Of a stretch of 64,000 nucleotides of DNA, positions 56,798-64,000 are shown one piece after another. This stretch comes from a virus: IMG/VR virus record IMGVR_UViG_3300005529_000024, positions 96,001 to 160,000 of that record; one strand, 5' to 3'. The notes below the pieces were generated by a model, which was given only the letters and a program-made list of their open reading frames with translations, did no database searches and was not told the origin of the DNA. The position numbers and the translations under genes are program-made. Positions within the stretch are counted from its first letter, which is position 1; each line of letters starts with the position of its first letter.

Positions 56798-57334
56798 ATG
56801 ACACACACCAATTTTACGTATAAGGCTTTCCTGTTCGCTAAAAAGGCGCACGAGGGCGTAAAACAGACGAGGAAGTACACAGGAGAGGATTACATCGTTC
56901 ACCCTGTCGCTGTGGCTGAATTAGTGGCTTCCGTTCGCCCTACAGACGAAAATTTAATTGCTGCTGCCTTTCTCCATGACACTGTGGAAGACACTCATGT
57001 TACGCTTGAGCAGATCCTTGCGGAGTTCGGAGAGGATGTCGCCAACCTTGTTTCTGAGGTTACAGATGTCTCGAAGCCGAGCGATGGAAATAGAAAAGCT
57101 AGGAAGTATATTGATTTTTTACACATCGCTAGGGCTTCCAAACGTGCGAAGATCCTTAAACTCGCGGATCTGATTGATAATACTAAGACTATCTCTAAAC
57201 ATGATCCTGAGTTTGCACGAACTTATATCGAGGAAAAAGAAAGGCTTCTCACTGTTTTGAACGAAGCAAATGATGTTTTGTTTGAAAGGGCGCTGGATTC
57301 GATCAAGGAATATTACAAAAACAAGCCGGAGTAA
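56798..57334 (+). CDS. HD-domain hydrolase, RelA/SpoT hydrolase (Mesh1/SAH)-like
   Basis: AH..Q.RK..G..YI.HP, LHDTVEDT, FG..VA.LV..VT, KLAD.IDN. Confidence 0.85.
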   Translation: MTHTNFTYKAFLFAKKAHEGVKQTRKYTGEDYIVHPVAVAELVASVRPTDENLIAAAFLHDTVEDTHVTLEQILAEFGEDVANLVSEVTDVSKPSDGNRKARKYIDFLHIARASKRAKILKLADLIDNTKTISKHDPEFARTYIEEKERLLTVLNEANDVLFERALDSIKEYYKNKPE

Positions 57335-57337
57335 ACT

Positions 57338-57724
57338 ATGAAATGCCATATAACAAGAGCATACGCAGGGATAGGATATAGGTTTTGCAATACCAAGGAT
57401 TATTTCCTGGTGCGTGTAGACCCAGATACGATTGGAATTAGTAGTTTCACTAAGCTATTCAAATATCTTGGTCTAGAAGAAAATGGATGTTATTTGGCTG
57501 ATTTGAAAATAACTCGTGATAAGCGCAACTTTAATTTTAAATTAAAGAAGATTGATAATGGACATTTCTTTGACTTATACAATGTCAGGAATAAGCCTCT
57601 TCTATGTTTTTGTGGAAAAGAGTTTAAGAAGTATTTTCCTGGGCTATCTAAGAATATGAATCCCAAAGTGCTGTATTGTGTACGTGTTTCTATTAGGATT
57701 ATAAAGAAGGTGAGGGCACAATGA
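57338..57724 (+). CDS. hypothetical protein
   Basis: GGAG RBS. Confidence 0.5.
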   Translation: MKCHITRAYAGIGYRFCNTKDYFLVRVDPDTIGISSFTKLFKYLGLEENGCYLADLKITRDKRNFNFKLKKIDNGHFFDLYNVRNKPLLCFCGKEFKKYFPGLSKNMNPKVLYCVRVSIRIIKKVRAQ

Positions 57725-58092
57725 GAAAACTTGCTATTGATGATAAAAGGAATTACACAGATGTTAATCTCGTAGCTCGTGATTTCGAGCATGGCATCAA
57801 GGCATTGGATTTAATGGGGCCTTGGGATCTCCTGTTCCTTGATCATGACTTGGGAGGAGAGAAAACAGGCTACGATATATTAACCTTTATCAACTTCCTG
57901 TCAAACGATGAGCATCCCGTAAGCAAGCCAACGAAGATTAAGCTTGTCACAAGTAATCCTGTTGGCAGAGAAAACATGGAATTCGCGCTTAAGAGTATGG
58001 GATATGTTCTTAATATAAGAGAGCAGGTTTGGGTATTGGTGAACGTTGAACCAGAGATAAGGGAGGATTATGACAAATCAGGAATTTTTTGA
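57721..58092 (+). CDS. cyclic-phosphate-processing receiver-like domain protein (second copy)
   Basis: IDDKR, LDHDLG, TGYD, TSNPVGR..M. Confidence 0.8.
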   Translation: MRKLAIDDKRNYTDVNLVARDFEHGIKALDLMGPWDLLFLDHDLGGEKTGYDILTFINFLSNDEHPVSKPTKIKLVTSNPVGRENMEFALKSMGYVLNIREQVWVLVNVEPEIREDYDKSGIF

Positions 58093-58408
58093 TAAGGTCA
58101 AAGACCATCTGTTAACACAGAAAAGAAAAAGTCTCGGTAAAGATCGAAGTTGCAAGTATAGGGGGATCGATAATCTTAAATGTTCTATAGGTAGTGTAAT
58201 TCCCGATGAACTCTATGATCCTGATATGGAGGGTAGACTGCCAGGGAATTTAATAACTAAATTTCCTAAGATCGCTGAATTGTTTGCTGGCGTGGATTTT
58301 AGCCTGATAACAGATCTCCAATTAGTACACGATTGTACTCCCGCCTTAATATGGGAGAATGAGCTTAAAAAAGTGGCATGTAAGTATGGATTAAAATTTA
58401 AAGTATAG
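58070..58408 (+). CDS. conserved hypothetical phage protein
   Basis: C.YR....KC.IG..IPD..Y...EG; LQ.VHD. Confidence 0.6.
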   Translation: MTNQEFFDKVKDHLLTQKRKSLGKDRSCKYRGIDNLKCSIGSVIPDELYDPDMEGRLPGNLITKFPKIAELFAGVDFSLITDLQLVHDCTPALIWENELKKVACKYGLKFKV

Positions 58409-58410
58409 TC

Positions 58411-58710
58411 ATGGACTTCAACCTTCGATTTCTTTATAAACGATATGATTATAGCGAAGTCCAGGGATATATTATTGATGCTCTGCTGATGGCTCAAGAT
58501 TATGACCAGATTGAAAAATTAATAGTAGATTGGGGATTTAAGAAAAAGGAGTATGTAAGCGTCAGTAAGTTTGATCCAGGTGAGCATTATCACTGTTTAG
58601 GAGTGAAGTTCAACACTCTCGAAGATGCTAAAAAATTTATAGAAGAAGAGGGTTGTGTCTATAATGGTCTCAAGATAGTATATGTTCGTGATGCTCTCAA
58701 TGGAGACTGA
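58411..58710 (+). CDS. hypothetical protein
   Basis: Operon context. Confidence 0.5.
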   Translation: MDFNLRFLYKRYDYSEVQGYIIDALLMAQDYDQIEKLIVDWGFKKKEYVSVSKFDPGEHYHCLGVKFNTLEDAKKFIEEEGCVYNGLKIVYVRDALNGD

Positions 58711-58762
58711 AATAAGCAAGTACTGTGCCAAAAGATTAATAAAGAAATAGCAATAAAATCTC

Positions 58763-58790
58763 TTGACAAAATAAACAATGCTGCTATACT
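58763..58790 (+). promoter_or_regulatory. conserved early-type promoter
   Basis: TTGACA AAATAAACAATGCTGC TATACT, identical to 40529. Confidence 0.82.
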
Positions 58791-58828
58791 GTTTATATAA
58801 ACAACACTAACCTAACATGGAGGTCAGC

Positions 58829-59710
58829 ATGAAAGTTGATGTGACAGCAGCAAAGAATATCAGCGAAGTTTTGGGGATGGCAAAGCTGGATTACAACGTT
58901 GTTACGAGACCTGTCTATGACAACGAGGGAAGACGGATCGATGGTTATCAGGCCGTAACTCGTGAGAGTGACTCCCATATCTTCTCGATTATGGGAGATC
59001 GATATGTTCCAATGCAGAACATCGAAGCTTTCTCCTCCCTGGATGAGCTTGGACTTCGGTATGTGTCTGCTGGCAGTTTTGGCGGTAAGACGTTCGTTCA
59101 AGCCCAACTTCCTGGAGAGATCAAGGTTGCCGGGATGGATACCATCAATAAGCTGTTGACTTTTGTGAACTCTTATGATGGATCTGTCTCAATCTCCTTG
59201 TTCTTAACCCTGGTCCGAATCGTCTGCCAGAACACCCTGATGATGGCCCTTCAAAGAGGGGAATACCTCATCCGGGCGAAACATACCCAGACCGCCAAAC
59301 TGAAGTTCAAAAACGCGAAGGAACTGTTCGAGGTCGTCAACCTGCAAGTCGAGGGTGTTACGAAGGTTTATGATACCCTCATCAAGACCCCGATGAAGCT
59401 TGCCACTGTCGATGAATTCCTGAAGGAATTGTTTATCGGTGAGAAAGTGGTGGAAGCGAACATCCCCACCAAAACTCTCAACAAGATGGACCGGATCAAG
59501 TTTCTCTTCGAAAACGGCAAGGGTGCGGATATGCATCGTGGAACTGCATGGGGTCTCTACAATGCTATCTCTGAGTACACCGATCATGAAGCCAACACGC
59601 GGGGTAGCGAGTCAAAAGAAGAATCCCGTCTCGTGTCGAGCATGTTCGGATCTGGAGCGAAACTGAAAGAGGAATCCTTCAGCAAGCTCCTGGAACTCGT
59701 GAACGTTTAA
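58829..59710 (+). CDS. DUF932 family protein
   Basis: Y.PMQN.EAF, NSYDGS, RIVCQNT, KHT, TAWGLYNA..EY.DH. Confidence 0.85.
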   Translation: MKVDVTAAKNISEVLGMAKLDYNVVTRPVYDNEGRRIDGYQAVTRESDSHIFSIMGDRYVPMQNIEAFSSLDELGLRYVSAGSFGGKTFVQAQLPGEIKVAGMDTINKLLTFVNSYDGSVSISLFLTLVRIVCQNTLMMALQRGEYLIRAKHTQTAKLKFKNAKELFEVVNLQVEGVTKVYDTLIKTPMKLATVDEFLKELFIGEKVVEANIPTKTLNKMDRIKFLFENGKGADMHRGTAWGLYNAISEYTDHEANTRGSESKEESRLVSSMFGSGAKLKEESFSKLLELVNV

Positions 59711-59778
59711 AATGTTTAAATCGGCTCTCCCTCGAAAGAGGGGGAGCTTATTAAGCACTTTAGGCGAGGAGAAAGGAA

Positions 59779-60642
59779 ATGTTCTGGAAAGATGCCTGTT
59801 CAGCTAGTAGTACAGGTTTAGCGGTTAGGCGAACAAAAAATGGCAACACCATGCTCTGCTACCCTGATGGGACTATAGAGGTCCAATGTTCTGGTGATCC
59901 TTCTCTTAATGATCAAGAGGCATTGGATGATTTGTTTGATGAGTCCAACCATGACTGGCTACCACAGCTTGTAACCCAGAAAGTTATTCAACATCCTCTC
60001 ATTGGTATAGAGTGGGAAGTACAGTTGAGCTTTCCGAAGTTAGGAAAAAGACAAGTATCTGCTGATTGGATACAATATATACCTTGCTCGTTTGAGTTTC
60101 TTGGCGAGCGCGTATCTTTAAAAATAGACTCATCTCTGATTTCAAAGTATGTTGATCTTGATCAAGGGAATATAGAGTTTCGTTCTGAACCTGTTGCAAT
60201 CTCTGATCTTGACCAAGAGATAAAGCGAGTAGAGAAGATACTGGCAAACACTATTACCCAGATAAGTAAAGACACAAAACAAGATATCGGTGTCTTTCTC
60301 CCAAGTACCATGAGATGGGATTATTTTCCAAAAGTTACAAAACATGTTTCGATTTCAATCCCTAATCATTATGATTATCCGGACTTTATTTTTGAAGCTA
60401 TTGCTGCTAAGATGGTTAATATCAAAGAAGGGGATTATCATCGCTGTAGGCTTCATGTCCGAGTACCATATACTTTCTGTGATTATGAGGAGCTTTTTAA
60501 CAAAACGATTGACTTCATTAAGCACAATACGAAAAAGCAGTATATGGATTACATCAAATCTTTATACGCAGAGGATCAGCCAATCAGGTTTGTCGGTTAT
60601 GTGAAGAACAAAAATTGGGTGAGGGTAAGGGGATTAATCTGA
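59779..60642 (+). CDS. paralog family member 1, possible COOH-NH2 ligase fold
   Basis: HPLIGIEWEVQLS, GNIEFRSEP, TKHVSIS, RLHVRVPY. Confidence 0.55.
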   Translation: MFWKDACSASSTGLAVRRTKNGNTMLCYPDGTIEVQCSGDPSLNDQEALDDLFDESNHDWLPQLVTQKVIQHPLIGIEWEVQLSFPKLGKRQVSADWIQYIPCSFEFLGERVSLKIDSSLISKYVDLDQGNIEFRSEPVAISDLDQEIKRVEKILANTITQISKDTKQDIGVFLPSTMRWDYFPKVTKHVSISIPNHYDYPDFIFEAIAAKMVNIKEGDYHRCRLHVRVPYTFCDYEELFNKTIDFIKHNTKKQYMDYIKSLYAEDQPIRFVGYVKNKNWVRVRGLI

Positions 60643-60644
60643 TT

Positions 60645-61526
60645 ATGGATAACGTAGATAATACGCCAACTGTAGAGTTTATCAGAACCGGACCTGATAG
60701 CTATGTTCTTCTACATACGGGGCAGGAGATTACTTTTGATCTTTCAGATGTATTCCCCACTGATAATGACTTTAAGCATGTTAGACCTGGTAGGCAAGAA
60801 GTTAAACATCCATTGATTGGTGTGGAATGGGAGGTACAGCTAAGCTTACCAAAATCAGGAAATAAACAAGTATACGCGCTGAGAACAAAATCTTCTCAAT
60901 GTATTGTAAGCGAGCACGTTCCTTCTGATAAAGATAAAAGCTTGTTTATACTCACGATACCAGAAGCTTTGCTGAAAGAGTATAATGCATTGCCGGATTT
61001 AGGGAATATAGAGATTCGTTCCAATCCAGTCAAGATCTCAGATTTGCCGAAAGAAATAAAGAGATCTGAAACGAACTTGGCTAATATTATTAATAAAATA
61101 CATGCAGATATTCAGCAACCGATAGGTGTCTTTCTTCCAGGTACTAAGAAATTTAGTAGCGAGTATAGTAATTTTCTTGAGGCTAATTTATACTCAGGAC
61201 TGACAAAGCATGTGAATATCTCGATTCCATCAGCAGATCTACCTTTGTCAACATATGATGTGGATACTATTCTTCCTTCGCTCGTAATGGCAAAAGATGG
61301 TGATTATCACTCTGTTAGAGTTCATATTCGTGTGCCATATACATTCTGTGATTACAGAGAATTGTTTAATAAAACAGTTGCCCTTCTTGAAGATGGAATG
61401 TGTGATAAACTACTGAGAAGTCAATATAGGGAATATATTCAATCCATGTTTGAAGAGGATCATCCAATTCGTTTTGTTGGTTATTTAAAGAGCCAGAGTT
61501 GGGTAAGAGTGAAGGGATTAATATAA
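60645..61526 (+). CDS. paralog family member 2
   Basis: HPLIGVEWEVQLS, GNIEIRSNP, TKHVNIS, RVHIRVPY. Confidence 0.55.
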   Translation: MDNVDNTPTVEFIRTGPDSYVLLHTGQEITFDLSDVFPTDNDFKHVRPGRQEVKHPLIGVEWEVQLSLPKSGNKQVYALRTKSSQCIVSEHVPSDKDKSLFILTIPEALLKEYNALPDLGNIEIRSNPVKISDLPKEIKRSETNLANIINKIHADIQQPIGVFLPGTKKFSSEYSNFLEANLYSGLTKHVNISIPSADLPLSTYDVDTILPSLVMAKDGDYHSVRVHIRVPYTFCDYRELFNKTVALLEDGMCDKLLRSQYREYIQSMFEEDHPIRFVGYLKSQSWVRVKGLI

Positions 61527-61541
61527 CTAGGAGGTATCACC

Positions 61542-61727
61542 ATGGAAAGCATGAAGTCTTTGATTCTGGAAGCACAAAATGAATCCACAGTTGACGGCAA
61601 GCTTGAAGCTGCTCAGAAAGCACTTAAGACCATGGGGTTTGACATCGCTAATGGTGACATGGCGAGTGTAGAAGTCACAGAGAATGGTTGTATCATCTTT
61701 ACATTTTATCCGGAGGAAGGAGAGTAA
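61542..61727 (+). CDS. hypothetical protein
   Basis: AGGAGG RBS. Confidence 0.55.
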   Translation: MESMKSLILEAQNESTVDGKLEAAQKALKTMGFDIANGDMASVEVTENGCIIFTFYPEEGE

Positions 61728-61728
61728 G

Positions 61729-62361
61729 ATGGCTCGAATCGGTTTGTCTTTTTCGAAACGCATTGAACTGCTCAAGACTTTGCGTGAGTCGTTGCCGAAA
61801 GATAGGGTCTTGGAAGCTTATAAAAACATCCTTCCTAAATTTGAGAAGCGTGTTGATAAGCAAGACTTTACTTCCGTATTAAAGCTCGCATTAAGAGAAC
61901 AAAAGAAATACCGCAAACCATGTGGCGGTTGTTTTTCCCTTAAAGACATAGAAGATCTTTCAGGGGGATCTTACGGTGCGCCGGAGAGTATCAGCATACT
62001 TGTTTCCAGAATAAGAATAGCTTGTATGAAACTGACGTATCCTCTCCTTGCCAATCTGCCAAGTGAAGCTAAACGAGGTGACGAAGAAGAACCAGAATAT
62101 GAAGATTCTGAGTTTATACGTGCTGCTGAGCTTCAGAGTAGAAAGGTATTGCAGTTAGTCGGTAAGCACTTTAGATGTTTATCTAAACCAATACCCATTT
62201 CGATTGAAAGTACAGAGGACGCTCAAACCTACTCTGAATATGTTTCTGAGCTTCTTAGAGCATTTGATCTGGCTTATTCTGAAATGAAAGAGGATATCAT
62301 CATGAATAAGATTAATGAAGGTCATGACTTAAAGCCTGTTGTAACATCGGATTATAGATAA
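61729..62361 (+). CDS. hypothetical protein
   Basis: AAGGAG RBS before ATG 61729. Confidence 0.55.
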   Translation: MARIGLSFSKRIELLKTLRESLPKDRVLEAYKNILPKFEKRVDKQDFTSVLKLALREQKKYRKPCGGCFSLKDIEDLSGGSYGAPESISILVSRIRIACMKLTYPLLANLPSEAKRGDEEEPEYEDSEFIRAAELQSRKVLQLVGKHFRCLSKPIPISIESTEDAQTYSEYVSELLRAFDLAYSEMKEDIIMNKINEGHDLKPVVTSDYR

Positions 62362-62388
62362 ACAAAATTATCAACATGGAGGTGTCAC

Positions 62389-62829
62389 ATGGATGACTTT
62401 GATAAGTATACTATGAAGATGGAGCTTCCGGGTAAGAGTGACTTCACCACATGGTATGTCTATAGAAACGGTGTTATGCTTGCTAAAGGTAAGACGGTAG
62501 CTGATTGTGTAACTGAATTGAATAATCTTAAGTGGGATGATATAAAAATATTGCCCTCTACTATAAAGAGTAAGTTGGATCTTGAGGGACTTGGCTTTAC
62601 TGTCGGCAGAGAAGTTAATGAAGAGCAATATAAAGCTGCACGAATCAAATTCTATGATGAGCAGAATAGGCTTCATGACCTGTTTAGGAAAGATCTCTTT
62701 GAGGAGTTCGGTGTCGAGGATAATCCGAAATCAAACTATGCTTTTGGTATAGCTTGGGATAGAGGGCATAGCTCTGGACTTCATGAGGTGTATCAGCATT
62801 TTGCTGAGCTTGCTCCGTTGCTCCAGTAA
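62389..62829 (+). CDS. conserved hypothetical phage protein
   Basis: F..DL..E.G...NPK....F..AW..GHS.G..EV. Confidence 0.6.
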   Translation: MDDFDKYTMKMELPGKSDFTTWYVYRNGVMLAKGKTVADCVTELNNLKWDDIKILPSTIKSKLDLEGLGFTVGREVNEEQYKAARIKFYDEQNRLHDLFRKDLFEEFGVEDNPKSNYAFGIAWDRGHSSGLHEVYQHFAELAPLLQ

Positions 62830-62860
62830 GAGGATGGAAACATTACATATGAAAGATTAC

Positions 62861-62884
62861 CCTAACTTCACATTTTTTGCGTCT
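62861..62884 (+). promoter_or_regulatory. putative phage-specific promoter CCTA-N14-GCGTCT
   Basis: Exact intergenic match. Confidence 0.6.
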
Positions 62885-63034
62885 AATCTTTTAAATTTTT
62901 AATTTAAATTTAAAGAATGAAGATTTAAAAATTAGTATAGATTTAAAATAAAAAATTAGTAATAAAAAAATTACAAAAGATCTAAATTAGCCGGTCTTTT
63001 CAAAGCTCTTTTAAAATTTTAAGGAATAAAAGAT

Positions 63035-64000
63035 ATGCTGGAAGTAGATTATATTTCGTTAGAAGATATTGAACAAATAATTAATAATGCAAATAGCTGG
63101 AATAGTAGTCTAAAGACAACAGCAGAAAATTTTCTTGTTAAAACAACTAAACCAAAAGTTCTTGGTGAAGATTATTATCTTCATACATTAGAACCTTTCC
63201 CTCATCCCGATTATCCGTTAATCGGATTAGAATGGGAAGTGCAGTTATCACTTCCTTCTCATGGTACGTATCCCGTCATTTGTTATGTCACATCAAAAAA
63301 TAAACCACAACTTTTCTTTGTAGACAGAAAGGATGAAGAGACTTACTTTGATACTTTTACTCGATATCCTCGTTTACATTCTTTTGTTCTAGGTATACCA
63401 TATGATTTAATGGAAAAGTACTGTATGTTTATTGATATGGGTAACATTGAGATATCAACTTATCCTTGTGGTAAAAGTGATTTTAAAAATGCAGTTAAGG
63501 AGGCAGAAGGAAGATTATTTTCTCTTATTGAAGAGTTAGCTAAGGAAGTTGGTCCTATTGGTGTATTACTACCTATTCCCGAACATTTACTTCATAATAA
63601 TCCATTGAGTGCTCATCTTAGGCCAACTAAGCATATTAATATTTCTTCGAAGAAGATTTCCAAGTATGTCATTGTAAACAATGTGAGTTATGATGGACTC
63701 TATCATAGTTGTAAGATTGATTATAAGATAGGCTTTTATGGAGTAAGATGTCATATCTTTCTTCCATATAACTTCAAGAACTATGATGATTTGTTTGTTA
63801 TCTTCGAAGACAATACTCCTCTTACTACTCCATTGGATTCATATAATTTCGATGAGATCTCTAGACTGGAGAATTATTATCTTGAGGATTATTTGAAGCC
63901 ACAGATTGAGAAAGCTGCATTGAGGAGCTTGGCGAAGGAAGGCCAAATGAAAGATCCGATCTTGGTTGGATACTGCAAACACGAAAAATTTTTTAGGGTT
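63035..64000 (+). CDS. paralog family member 3 (3' truncated; absent from the ORF track)
   Basis: MLEVDYIS...YPLIGLEWEVQLSLP...DMGNIEISTYP...TKHINIS...RCHIFLPY...VGY. Confidence 0.65.
   Translation, partial: MLEVDYISLEDIEQIINNANSWNSSLKTTAENFLVKTTKPKVLGEDYYLHTLEPFPHPDYPLIGLEWEVQLSLPSHGTYPVICYVTSKNKPQLFFVDRKDEETYFDTFTRYPRLHSFVLGIPYDLMEKYCMFIDMGNIEISTYPCGKSDFKNAVKEAEGRLFSLIEELAKEVGPIGVLLPIPEHLLHNNPLSAHLRPTKHINISSKKISKYVIVNNVSYDGLYHSCKIDYKIGFYGVRCHIFLPYNFKNYDDLFVIFEDNTPLTTPLDSYNFDEISRLENYYLEDYLKPQIEKAALRSLAKEGQMKDPILVGYCKHEKFFRV

Noticed and set aside
629-62676. Minus-strand ORFs in the track
   Set aside because: All shadow well-supported plus-strand genes; all promoters found point in the + direction.
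1-64000. Stop-codon reassignment
   Set aside because: Conserved genes are intact under the standard code and TAA, TAG and TGA all end genes.

Overview
A 64 kb segment of a large tailed dsDNA bacteriophage genome. It is AT-rich, uses the standard code, and essentially all genes are on the + strand. 1-18.5 kb is a replication, recombination and nucleotide module: primase end, sigma-like factor, RtcB, UDG-fused family A DNA polymerase, SSB, RecA, 5'-3' exonuclease, SbcCD/gp46-47, class II RNR and ThyX. A tRNA-Ile(UAU) with a long variable arm follows. 24.9-33 kb encodes a T5 A1-like nuclease, endonuclease VII, sigma-like and Mor-like regulators, terminase and a T4 gp20-like portal. 34-64 kb is a dense accessory region of small ORFs driven by repeated TTGACA-type promoters. 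The standout is a phage-encoded Ro60/Y-RNA system. A promoter-driven tandem array of four Y-RNA-like units lies at 35760-36119; one carries a full circularly permuted tRNA module. A Ro60/TROVE gene 9 kb downstream has a miniature copy of the Y-RNA motif in its leader and is followed by an RNA ligase. Many other RNA end-healing and sealing genes are dispersed through the window. A second, apparently phage-specific promoter motif (CCTA-N14-GCGTCT) occurs at six gene boundaries, and several more candidate structured RNAs are visible. All calls come from reading the sequence by eye; no searches were run.
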